From Eledone cirrhosa (Eukaryota): DNA of 64,000 nucleotides. Position 1 is the first letter of the stretch; each line of letters begins with the position of its first letter. A model generated the notes under the pieces. It was not told the origin of the DNA. It saw only the letters and a list, made by a program, of their open reading frames with translations, and made no database searches. The stretch lies in NCBI GenBank assembly GCA_964016885.1, contig OZ024742.1, positions 231,756,001-231,820,000 of the forward strand. The letters are read 5' to 3'. Shown here one piece after another: positions 52,098 to 64,000 of the stretch. The position numbers and the translations under genes are program-made.

Positions 52098-55000
52098 AAA
52101 ATGAGGTGTGACATTAGGAAAAAATGAGGTGTGACATTAAGAAAAAAATGAGGTGTGACATTAAGAAAAAAATGAGGTGTGACATTAAGAAAAAAATGAG
52201 GTGTGACATTAGGAAAAAATGAGGTGTGACATTAAGAAAAAAATGAGGTGTGACATTAAGAAAAAAATGAGGTGTGACATTAAGAAAAAAATGAGGTGTG
52301 ACATTAGGAAAAAATGAGGTGTGACATTAAGAAAAAAATGAGGTGTGACATTAAGAAAAAAATGAGGTGTGACATTAAGAAAAAAATGAGGTGTGACATT
52401 AAGAAAAAAATGAGGTGTGACATTAAGAAAAAAATGAGGTGTGACATTAGGAAAAAATGAGGTGTGACATTAAGAAAAAATGAGGTGTGACATTAGGAAA
52501 AAATGAGGTGTGACATTAAGAAAAAAATGAGGTGTGACATTAAGAAAAAAATGAGGTGTGACATTAAGAAAAAAATGAGGTGTGACATTAAGAAAAAAAT
52601 GAGGTGTGACATTAAGAAAAAAATGAGGTGTGACATTAAGAAAAAAATGAGGTGTGACATTAGGAAAAAATGAGGTGTGACATTAAGAAAAAAATGAGGT
52701 GTGACATTAGGAAAAAATGAGGTGTGACATTAAGAAAAAAATGAGGTGTGACATTAGGAAAAAATGAGGTGTGACATTAAGAAAAAAATGAGGTGTGACA
52801 TTAGGAAAAAATGAGGTGTGACATTAAGAAAAAAATGAGGTGTGACATTAGGAAAAAATGAGGTGTGACATTAAGAAAAAAATGAGGTGTGACATTAAGA
52901 AAAAAATGAGGTGTGACATTAGGAAAAAATGAGGTGTGACATTAAGAAAAAAATGAGGTGTGACATTAAGAAAAAAATGAGGTGTGACATTAGGAAAAAA
53001 TGAGGTGTGACATTAAGAAAAAAATGAGGTGTGACATTAAGAAAAAAATGAGGTGTGACATTAAGAAAAAAATGAGGTGTGACATTAAGAAAAAAATGAG
53101 GTGTGACATTAAGAAAAAAATGAGGTGTGACATTAGGAAAATATGAGGTGTGACATTAAGAAAAAAATGAGGTGTGACATTAGGAAAAAATGAGGTGTGA
53201 CATTAAGAAAAAAATGAGGTGTGACATTAAGAAAAAAATGAGGTGTGACATTAAGAAAAAAATGAGGTGTGACATTAAGAAAAAAATGAGGTGTGACATT
53301 AAGAAAAAAATGAGGTGTGACATTAGGAAAAAATGAGGTGTGACATTAAGAAAAAAATGAGGTGTGACATTAGGAAAAAATGAGGTGTGACATTAAGAAA
53401 AAAATGAGGTGTGACATTAAGAAAAAAATGAGGTGTGACATTAAGAAAAAAATGAGGTGTGACATTAGGAAAAAATGAGGTGTGACATTAAGAAAAAAAT
53501 GAGGTGTGACATTAAGAAAAAAATGAGGTGTGACATTAAGAAAAAAATGAGGTGTGACATTAAGAAAAAAATGAGGTGTGACATAAAGAAAAAAATGAGG
53601 TGTGACATTAAGAAAAAAATGAGGTGTGACATTAAGAAAAAATGAGGTGTGACATTAGGAAAAAATGAGGTGTGACATTAAGAAAAAAATGAGGTGTGAC
53701 ATTAGGAAAAAATGAGGTGTGACATTAAGAAAAAAATGAGGTGTGACATTAAGAAAAAAATGAGGTGTGACATTAAGAAAAAAATGAGGTGTGACATTAA
53801 GAAAAAAATGAGGTGTGACATTAAGAAAAAAATGAGGTGTGACATTAAGAAAAAAATGAGGTGTGACATTAGGAAAAAATGAGGTGTGACATTAAGAAAA
53901 AAATGAGGTGTGACATTAGGAAAAAATGAGGTGTGACATTAAGAAAAAATGAGGTGTGACATTAGGAAAAAATGAGGTGTGACATTAAGAAAAAAATGAG
54001 GTGTGACATTAGGAAAAAAGGAGGTGTGACATTAAGAAAAAAATGAGGTGTGACATTAGGAAAAAATGAGGTGTGACATTAAGAAAAAAATGAGGTGTGA
54101 CATTAAGAAAAAAATGAGGTGTGACATTAAGAAAAAAATGAGGTGTGACATTAAGAAAAAAATGAGGTGTGACATTAGGAAAAAATGAGGTGTGACATTA
54201 AGAAAAAAATGAGGGGTGACATTAAGAAAAAAATGAGGTGTGACATTAGGAAAAAATGAGGTGTGACATTAAGAAAAAATGAGGTGTGACATTAAGAAAA
54301 AAATGAGGTGTGACATTAAGAAAAAAATGAGGTGTGACATTAAGAAAAAAATGAGGTGTGACATTAAGAAAAAAATGAGGTGTGACATTAGGAAAATATG
54401 AGGTGTGACATTAAGAAAAAAATGAGGTGTGACATTAGGAAAAAATGAGGTGTGACATTAAGAAAAAAATGAGGTGTGACATTAAGAAAAAAATGAGGTG
54501 TGACATTAAGAAAAAAATGAGGTGTGACATTAAGAAAAAAATGAGGTGTGACATTAGGAAAAAATGAGGTGTGACATTAAGAAAAAAATGAGGTGTGACA
54601 TTAAGAAAACAATGAGGTGTGACATTAAGAAAAAAATGAGGTGTGACATTAAGAAAAAAATGAGGTGTGACATTAAGAAAAAAATGAGGTGTGACATTAG
54701 GAAAATATGAGGTGTGACATTAAGAAAAAAATGAGGTGTGACATTAGGAAAAAATGAGGTGTGACATTAAGAAAAAAATGAGGTGTGACATTAAGAAAAA
54801 AATGAGGTGTGACATTAAGAAAAAAATGAGGTGTGACATTAAGAAAAAAATGAGGTGTGACATTAAGAAAAAAATGAGGTGTGACATTAGGAAAAAATGA
54901 GGTGTGACATTAAGAAAAAAATGAGGTGTGACATTAGGAAAAAATGAGGTGTGACATTAAGAAAAAAATGAGGTGTGACATTAGGAAAAAATGAGGTGTG

Positions 55001-55232
55001 ACATTAAGAAAAAAATGAGGTGTGACATTAGGAAAAAATGAGGTGTGACATTAAGAAAAAAATGAGGTGTGACATTAAGAAAAAAATGAGGTGTGACATT
55101 AGGAAAAAATGAGGTGTGACATTAAGAAAAAAATGAGGTGTGACATTAAGAAAAAAAATGAGGTGTGACATTAAGAAAAAAATGAGGTGTGACATTAAGA
55201 AAAAAATGAGGTGTGACATTAAGAAAAAAATG
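52098..55232. repeat. 23/24-bp tandem satellite, about 130 units
   Basis: Two main variants, atgaggtgtgacattaagaaaaaa (24 bp) and atgaggtgtgacattaggaaaaa (23 bp). Confidence 0.98.
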
Positions 55233-55299
55233 GTGTAGAGTATAATTATATTAATTCAGCTAATACTTTCTGTCGTTATTGAATATTCCTTCTATCGGA

Positions 55300-55742
55300 T
55301 GATTTCTAATTTAGGCACAAAGCCAGCAATTTGTGGGGAGGGGGAATGTCGATTATATCGACCCAATGCATTACTATTACTTTATTTTATCGAACCCCGG
55401 AAGGATAAAAAAAAAAACCCATTTGAACTCAGAACATAGAGGGCCATAATGAAATACTACAAAATATTTCGATGTGCTAACGATACTGCCAATCCACCAC
55501 CCTATTATTTCAGTGCTGGACTATAATAAGGGTTTCTACATTTGGCACAAGACCAGTAATTTGAAGGGAAGAGGGGTGTCGGTTAAATCGACCGCAGTGT
55601 TTTAATTTTAATGGTGTCGTATTTTATCGACCCCGTAATGATGAAAGGCAAAGTTAACCTCGGCGGGATTTGAACTCAGACCATAAAGGGCCGTAACTCT
55701 TTGCTGCAAAGCATGGCGTCCGACCCTCTACCGATACTGCCA
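55300..55742 (-). mobile_element. Two tandem SINE family 1 copies (others at about 1345-1510, 13150-13315, 57690-57870, 58045-58200, 59770-60260, 62210-62356, 62593-62820)
   Basis: Same consensus in reverse orientation. Confidence 0.8.
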
Positions 55743-56203
55743 GTCGAAAACGAGCGAAGTGCTAAGCCCTGTCCAGCTCAAAGTGGGATCAAGTGCGGAT
55801 GTGAGGCTGAGGGTTGCTTCCGCCACGACTGTCCAGCAAGGAGACCCAATCGGTCCGCTCCTATTTGCGGTGGCATTCGATGGCGTTTACCGCTCTGTCT
55901 AGTCACCCTTCAACGTTTGGTATCTGGACGACGCGACCCTGGGTGGCTCGGCTGAGATGGTAGTTGAGGACCTTCAGCAAATCATCCCAGCCAAGTGTCA
56001 GATGGCAAATGTTAGCTACGGAGAGGCCGAATTCCACAACACCGCACGGGCTCGGTTAACGCCCAAAGACGCCGCCTACATTCTCGGTTCTCCAATTCTC
56101 TCGAAAACCATGAGAAAGTATCTAGTGACCAAGCACGCCGACTTGTCGAGGATGACGGAGTGGTTACGCCTCATTGACGCCCACCCGGCGCTGTTCCGTT
56201 TTT
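55743..56203 (+). mobile_element. CRE-like RT fragment
   Basis: GC-rich island encoding GIKCGCEA, then TVQQGDPIGPLLFAVA...FNVWYLDDATLGGS, with deletions and a stop. Confidence 0.78.
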
Positions 56204-58379
56204 AAATATTTGTAGTGATTTGTGTAAATAAAAATACGTATATTTTTTTAAAAAAATATTTGATTAAATCATACATATATACATACATACATGCATACAT
56301 ACACGCATATATATACATACAAATATGCATGCATACATGCACACATACATGCATACATATATGCATGCATGCATACATATATGCATGTGTACATATATGC
56401 ATGCATGCGTGCGTACGTACGTACATACATACATACATACATGATGGCTGCCCCCTCGTTATCGAGTATGGCCATTGCACGATATACCATTATTAATAAT
56501 TATTAATTAATTCTATCGTGCAATGCCTGTGCGTGAAGATTCTTTTTAAAGTGAGGAAAGACTGTGCACTGAGCCAATCCCACTCTCTGAGCGACAGTAG
56601 CTATAACCCGAAAAGAAGAAAAGATCAACAGCATCGGAAACTACTGAGCCGCAGGTTTTATATCGGAGTTATCCCAGTTTCCTGAGTTGCCTTCTCTTAG
56701 AAGAATGCCCTGACAAAGGCGAGGGGTCCTTCACTCTTAGTCGTTTAACCAGGCGTATCCAACCCGACTAGTTCTATGTCCTCGCATATATACGTACACA
56801 TACACACATGCATATACATATATACATATACATACATATGTACATATGTATATACATATTTACACATTTTTGGATGGCCATTGACTCTTATGAGTTCTTC
56901 CGCCCTTTGTCAGGTTTTGTTTTTTGTCCTGCAGGGTGTCCAAAATCACATACATACATACATGGTGGCTGCCAACCGTTTTCGGCCACTACTTTATATC
57001 CATGTAGGAGAACCCCTACCGATGGGCTGAACGAGTGTGACTTTTTAGTCGAGCCAGCGACTTGAAAACTCTGGTACAAACACTACACTTGTGACAATTA
57101 TTGACACACAGTGCTGGGCCCATGGTACCATGTGACGACAAGTGCAGAGAGATCTCCAGATATAAACCAATGCCTGTGCCGTGAAGCTTTTATAGTGAGC
57201 AAAGGCACTGCACAAAGCCAGTCCCACTCTCTTAACCAAGATGATATTTACCAAAAAGAAGAACATGTCAACATCATTGGATACCATCAGGGTTGCAGGT
57301 GTTATATCAGAGTTTTCCTTCTCCTAGAATTCTGCCTTGACAAAGGCTAAGGGGTCATCTCTCCCGGATATATATATATATATACATATATACATACATA
57401 TGTAAATACATATATATATACATATATGGTGGCTGCCAACTCGTTTTCGAGTACGGCCACTACTTTACATACATACATACATACAAACAAACAAACAATG
57501 GCTGCATCTCAGTTTTGAGAATTGCCATCCTTTGACGATTTCTTCATACATGGGTGGCACTAACATGACTTTTTAGCCTCTTCAAAGACTTAGATTCCTT
57601 TCTGCATATGCTGCAGCGAAATAAAATAAAAAGAATTGGCCACACTGTAGCAACACAGGTGAAAGTCGTTTCGATTAAATGAAGCCAGCGAATTATGGAG
57701 AAAGGAAAGTCAATTAAATCGACTCCAGTACGTGACTGGTACTTTAATTCATCGACCCCTGAACAACGAAAAACAAAGATAACCTCGGCACAATTTTAAC
57801 TCAGAACGTAAAAAGCCGTACTAAGTGCGACAAAGTATTTTGTCCGACGCTCTAGTGACTCTACCAATTCACCAGTGAAGTGAATGTTGAACCACATAAC
57901 TGGAGAAATTGATACGCTGTACCTATTCTGTAAAACCTATTTGCTGCCGAAATGTTGAATGATGGATGTTGTCACAAAGATAGAAGACCACAGCGAATAT
58001 GATTCTCAAAACCCATGTCACCTACATTACTAAGAAAACATAAAGTTGGCAGAGTCGTTAGGGCATCGGATTAAATATAGCTCGGTATTCGTTTTGGCTC
58101 TCTGTGCTCTGCGTTTATATCCCACCGAGGTCAACTTCGCCTTTTGTCCTTTTGTCCTTTCGGTGTAGATAAATCAAGTACAAATCCAATACTGGGTTCG
58201 ATTATTTCTCTTTATCACTTTATCGCTCGGTATCTCTTTCTCCGGAAGACATCAGCTAGCAACTTATTGTTTCACAGTACACAGTGAAATATACCACATA
58301 AACTCCCTTTTGCATCCAATCAGCGGTCACTATTGAAAAATTAGTTAATGTTTATGTTGTTTCATTATCTGAAGCTACT

Positions 58380-61300
58380 AAAGTTAGAAGTGGTAATCGT
58401 GTTAATAAAAGATGCATTCCAGAAATAAATGACTATTTAGGAAGAACGTTTCAACGACAATTATTCCAGTTGTTCGAGCAATGGTAGAGTTTGCTCATGA
58501 AAAGAACATGTAAATGGTTGGGCATTTAACAAATTCGTGTAACCTTAACATAATTCTCAGGGAGATTCAGCGTGACAGTATGTGACATAGCTGGCCTTTT
58601 GAAATCCAAACACAGTGCATCCTTTGAGCTTTCATACAATTTTCCACTCATGGCATGGTGAGGCTATAAAAATTGATATTTAGCCAAGATGACATGCAAT
58701 GGGATCGAACCCGGATTATGATGACGAAGCGAACTTCTTAATCATTCGGCCATGTTGCATCCACTGACTATTTACATAGAGTTATTGCATAATCTGTTTC
58801 AAAACTTAAATAATATTCAAAAAATAAAATGCGAGACAAATTAGATGAGCAATAAGTTTACAATCTTCTCTTCAAAGGTCACCAAGAAGTATAAGAGAAA
58901 GATATCAAGATGCTATGGCTATTGTTAATAAAATTTGGCCCTCCTAATCTCTTCGTTTCAATAACCTGGAATGCTAACTGGCCTGAAATATCAGAGTTAA
59001 TTTATTCAGGATAAACTGCCTGAAATTGCAAGCTTCATTGGAAAGGAAAACAGCTTTGTTTCATAAAATAGAGTTCCCCCAAAAGAGGCTTACTACATGT
59101 AAATATTCTAATAATACTTCAGCAAAGAATAGATCTCAATAAACATGAAAAGATAAATAAAATTGCGTCTGCAGAAATATCAAATCAACGAACATGACTA
59201 ATACTCTAGGAATTTGAAAAGAATAAAAGCAGGGTTGAGGAACGATGTTCGCTCGTTGTGGTGAACAGAATCAAAACACTCCTCTCACAAATAGTAGTGG
59301 TGATAAAACAAAACAAAAACCACAACAATGACATGTACATATGTTTGTTTGTGTGTGTACGTGGGAGGGGGAAGCATATTTTGTAGACATCAGCATCCTA
59401 TACCATCACTGCCCCAATGATACAAGCCTGGACAGTGTGGGAGAACACTCTCTGGTGTGAGGAATCGCAGGTGCAAGCGGACAGAATGAAAAAAAAAGTG
59501 TTTTCCCAGAGGACGGCAATGGGGAGACGTAATTACACGAATTATAACCGATGCTAGAAGAACTTTCCAAAAGCATATCAAAAGGAAAGTACAGCTACTG
59601 TTAATGGTTACTTGTTTGTACTGTTGTAAACCTGAAACATCAGTCCTGACAAGAAACTAATTCAGATGATAAATAATATATTGCTTTATGTAGCAAGTTT
59701 TTTTTTCTGTTTAAATTATAACCGCCATATTGATACAAAATCTTTCATCAGTCACATGTATGAAATACTAGTAAGTACAAGGCTAGCAAATTTGGAGGAG
59801 TGGCAAAATTGATAACTCAACTCCAGTTGTACTTTATTTTATCGACCTTGGAAAGGTGAAAAGCAAAGACGACCTTTGCAGAATTTGAACTCAGAATGTA
59901 AAGTGTCGAAACAAATATCACAATGATATTTTAGCCGTAGTTCTACCAATTCTGCCAATCCACCACCTTTGTGAAGTATATAATAAAATATGTGTACAAA
60001 TAGTATGAATATATTCATGATAATATTGGAGAATTGGAGCAAATAATGGTTTCTGATTTAGGCAAAAGGCCAGCAATTTAAAGCGAAGGGAAAAGGCGAT
60101 TAAATCAACATCAGTGCATGACTGGTACTTTATTTTATCGACCTCGTAAGGACGAAAGGCAAAGCTCGGAGGGGTTTGAACTCAGAACGCAAAGGGCGGT
60201 AACTTTATGTTGCGAAGCATTGAGTCTGGCGCTCTCAGGTTACTTCCAATCCACCGCCCTAATTGGAACAAATAATTAAGTATTTTACGATGACATTAAC
60301 CAGCGATGATGTTCGATATGTTAATATTCTAGAAAGTGCGTGGCACCTACTGGAATACAACATGTATGGTAAATCACACGTGGCAATTCACTGGCCAGTG
60401 TATTTACACGAGCAACGACTGGTGTATTTCCATGAAGGAGATGAGCAACAGAACTTGGATAAAGTTCAACGGAAAATACAGCACTCACTACATAGTTCAT
60501 ACTTAACCAGGCGATGGACATGCCAACGCTACATTACACCGATATTCTATATCATTACGTATTTAGTTTTTAAAAAAAAGGTGCAGAGACTACAGTGAAT
60601 AACGGATAAGGTTATACCCAGTCTGTATTCAGTGAGCCCCAAAGAAAGTGAAAGATGTCAAAATCAAGCCATTCTCACGAAGAAGAGCTCACAGGTTTGA
60701 GAATGTATGATCTGTTGACAGTGTACTGTACAATACCTAAAAAAAGAAGTTACAAAACGAAGAGGCCTGCTGAAAAATGATGAATGCCAGAGATGAATGA
60801 CAGAAACACCATTAACGCAATTGCTTTCTCAACTATGACATTTATACATTCCCATTTTTGTTTTGAATGTACATAACAACCCTTGCGGAACTCTATCGTA
60901 GAATCAATTTAGTCAGTACTAATTGCTGCTGAACTACTCAACTTGCAATGTAAATTCCATAATTCCGGCGAATCCATAGAAGTGGTGGAAATGCTGACAG
61001 GTCCAGTTCCATTTGTTTTCCCGGTGGGGTCGGGTAAAGTAACAAGATGGAGGTTGTTATGGACGATGAGTGTGCAACGAGATGCGAAACTGTTTGAGTT
61101 CAGCTGCAATTTGCATTCCCGTGTTGCGGTGCAGGTGAATTAAGCTGCAAAGTGTCGATAGCACGTTTGGTGTCTCCACAAAGTGAGAAGGGATCTCGCA
61201 GAACTTTACAACGTTTGAATATCATACACTAAGAACAACATGTTGGTGTGTGTCAAAGAAATATGTGTGCATATGCAGGCATGTAATACAGCAAAGAATG

Positions 61301-62050
61301 TGTGGGTGCAGTCATATATACAATGATAAAGAAAATGATACAGTCATATATACAATGTAATCAACTTAAAAGAAGAGGTCAAAGGAGCCAAGAAACGTGC
61401 TCGAACTTTTTTTCTTTTTTTCTAATAACTATGTTCGAGCACGCTTCTTTGCTCAGCTCTACTCAGCTCAATCTTCGTAAATAAATATTGTACATACAAC
61501 CCAGTGTCCTGTTATACCTCCTTGCTATCTACTAATATTCTGCAAATCGTTAACATACTATTAATGTAAAGTATGTATTATAACAAGCACTTCCGTGGTA
61601 AAATTCTTCTGTCATGAGGAGATTTTAGACAAAGTGTTCTTGTGATACGCAGAGGTTCTAATGCTGCCATCACTGAAAATTGTATTAAATCATCTCAGCT
61701 TTGGTCTTATGTAAAATTGCTAAGCCTATCAGAATATATGGAAAAGAAGAATTTGATAGATAGCTACTTAACGTTGAAAACGTTATTTCACGTTTCCCTA
61801 GTTCACACAGCTGGCAAAATAGAGTTGTGCCTGTAATTCAAGAAGCTAACCTTGTTATTCATATATTATATTACACTGAACCTTCCTGATAATTGCATTA
61901 AGGGTACACATTTCAGTGAAATCTTCATCCTTTGCACGTTCATTTAATGAACAGATTAATCACTGAATAACTCATTGTCGAAACTGACGGATGTCCAATA
62001 CACACAAAAGTTTGACAGTATGACAATAATTGGTATGGTATGGTCCTCTA
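58380..62050 (+). mobile_element. Decayed Helitron (Rep/PIF1 helicase), interrupted by SINEs
   Basis: Fragments RYQDAMAIV-KFGPPNLF, ITWNANWPEI, IEF-QKR-L-HV (HUH motif, about 59070-59115), RYV...AWHLLEYNMYGKSHV...PVYL (60315-60430) and FRGKILL-GDFRQ (about 61590-61635). Boundaries are approximate. Confidence 0.8.
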
Positions 62051-62943
62051 ACTCCTGATAGAGTAGTAGGGGAACTATATTGACATGGCGTTTCTTGGAC
62101 ATTTTAAGCCTGGTAGAGCCTAACCCTCTCCAGACCTGAGTGCAGCAGATTTCTTCCAGAGAAAGATGGAAAGTGAGAGAGAAGAAATGAGAAAAAGATA
62201 GAGAGGAAGAATCGACCTCCAGTACTAGACTGGTACTTGAATAGATGAAAAGCAAAGTTGACCTCGGTGGGATTTGAACTCGGAGATCAGAGAGCCGGAA
62301 TGAATACCATGAAGCATTCTATCCGACGTTCTAACGGCTCTTCCAATACGCCGCCTTACACCAATAATTACCCAAACATTAATACAGTATGCTGCGAATC
62401 GGAATCAACTTCTCCATTCTTCCATCAATAAAATAAATACTATTGATATTCTATTTCCGATTCTATTAACCACGAGCCTAGTCTGGAATTAAGGTTATAA
62501 TTTGTAAACTAGCTAAAATAATTTGTATTAGATCCGAGCCCTTTATTCCCAAATTCTTAATAAAAGTACTAGTAACATTAATTAATTAAGTAGGGCGGTG
62601 GATTGCCAGAATTGGTAGAGCGTCGGATACAATGCCATTGCGGTATTTGTCGCGGCTCTTTACATTCTGAATTCAAATCCGGCCGAGGTCAATTTTGCCT
62701 TTCATTCTTCCGGAATTGATAAAAATAAAGTACCAGTCATGTACAAGGGTTAATTTAATCAACTTTACTCTCCCCCCCCCCCCCCCAATGCTGGCTTTGT
62801 GTCTAAATAAGAAATCATTGTTAATTTAACTGACCATTCGCTTTCTTAACAAAATTGAATCTTATGACTAATAAAAAAAATCAATATTTATGTCTAATTA
62901 TATTTCTTTTATCATTTTCAGAAAATAAAATCAAACTACAAAT

Positions 62944-64000
62944 ATGGAAACACTAACTTCTATGATCAACTCTTATAGGGTTGTATCTCAGAATTTTACC
63001 TGGTGTATGGGTCTACAACTTCTGAGTTTATTTTTTGTTTCGTGGGCTATGTATTCACACTTCCTAAAGGTATATTTTTCTCCACTTAAACATATACCAA
63101 GTGTTACATATATTCCAATATTTGGGTCGTTAATAGACTTGATAAGATTTGAGTCTGGATCTTATTACGAAATATGGATGAGAAAGTTAAATGCATCTGT
63201 ATTTCGGGTATTTTGGGCTTATGGATATGAACGAGTATGTGTAGCTGATGCAGATGTAGCAAAAGGTATTCTTGTTACAAAAAGCAAAAGTTTTAGGAAA
63301 GCTCCTGAAGGATACCGTATTTTAAAGAAATTCTTAGGAGATGGTTTGGTAACAACTGAAGGTAAACTTCATCGTAGAAACCGCAAACTTTGTAATGGAT
63401 CGTTCAGAAAAAACATTTTGAAAAATATGATCCCTACATTTGAATCATACACCAACAAATTAATAAATCAATGGGGAAAGCTTATTGATAATACAGATGA
63501 TGTTTACGCTGAAATCCCTATTCATTCAAATGTAACTAACTTAACATTTGATATTATTGGAAAAAGTGCTTTTGATTATGATTTTCAAGGCCTTCAAAAC
63601 AAAAATAACGAAATGACAGATCTTTTCTCAAAAGTTTCCGGTAACCTTGGGTTAAGTTGGCAGAGAGTTCTACCAGACTTCTTTCCATTTTTACATGTTT
63701 TCAAAACCAAACATATGAAAGAATACGAACGGTATATTTCAAATTTAGATAAACTTGTCTATCGAATTATCGAAGAAAAAAGAAATGTTTTGAGCGATGA
63801 TGATTCAAATGTCAATAATCTTCTTGAATCACTATTATATACCAAAGATGAGGATACTGGGGAAAAAATGAGTGACAAAGAAGTTCGTGATCACGCGGTA
63901 ACGTTTATGTTAGCGGGCCATGAAACTACAGCAGTCTCAATAACATGGGTTTTATTACAACTTGCACGTTTTCCTCAGATGCAAGAAAAAGTAAGAGAAG
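62944..64000 (+). CDS. Cytochrome P450, CYP4-clan-like; ORF continues past the window end
   Basis: Open frame from ATG 62944 to the edge (about 352 codons). Hydrophobic N-terminal anchor, SPLKHIP hinge, FLGDGLVTTEGKLHRRNRKL (C-helix) and EVRDHAVTFMLAGHETTA (I-helix). A splice-acceptor-like ttttcag ends at 62921. Confidence 0.93.
   Translation, partial: METLTSMINSYRVVSQNFTWCMGLQLLSLFFVSWAMYSHFLKVYFSPLKHIPSVTYIPIFGSLIDLIRFESGSYYEIWMRKLNASVFRVFWAYGYERVCVADADVAKGILVTKSKSFRKAPEGYRILKKFLGDGLVTTEGKLHRRNRKLCNGSFRKNILKNMIPTFESYTNKLINQWGKLIDNTDDVYAEIPIHSNVTNLTFDIIGKSAFDYDFQGLQNKNNEMTDLFSKVSGNLGLSWQRVLPDFFPFLHVFKTKHMKEYERYISNLDKLVYRIIEEKRNVLSDDDSNVNNLLESLLYTKDEDTGEKMSDKEVRDHAVTFMLAGHETTAVSITWVLLQLARFPQMQEKVRE

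Noticed and set aside
48473-55219. Repetitive ORFs (MTHFMSRQLSIR..., MSHLIFFL...)
   Set aside because: Translations of satellite units.

Overview
AT-rich, repeat-dense animal genomic DNA. The SINE and RTE content suggests a cephalopod, probably an octopod (inference). There are two host genes. The first is the last six coding exons of mitochondrial NAD kinase NADK2 (1182-18179, +), which I spliced by hand into one open frame, including a 40-bp micro-exon. The second is a cytochrome P450 whose coding region is uninterrupted for over 1 kb and runs off the right edge (62944-64000, +). The rest is mostly mobile DNA: a young 5'-truncated RTE LINE with a C4HC3 PHD finger inside its RT, many RTE 3' ends and tRNA-derived SINEs, a DD37D (maT) transposon, hAT- and piggyBac-type MITEs, a full-length CsRn1-like Gypsy element, a non-coding LTR element with TG...AA ends and a tRNA-Trp PBS, a Penelope-like GIY-YIG element, CRE-like fragments, a decayed Helitron and two kb-scale satellites. 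The most notable feature not shown by the ORF track is a cluster of three hammerhead-ribozyme motifs within about 650 bp (47.8-48.45 kb), separated by (TA)n tracts. All calls come from reading the sequence by eye; no searches or folding programs were run.
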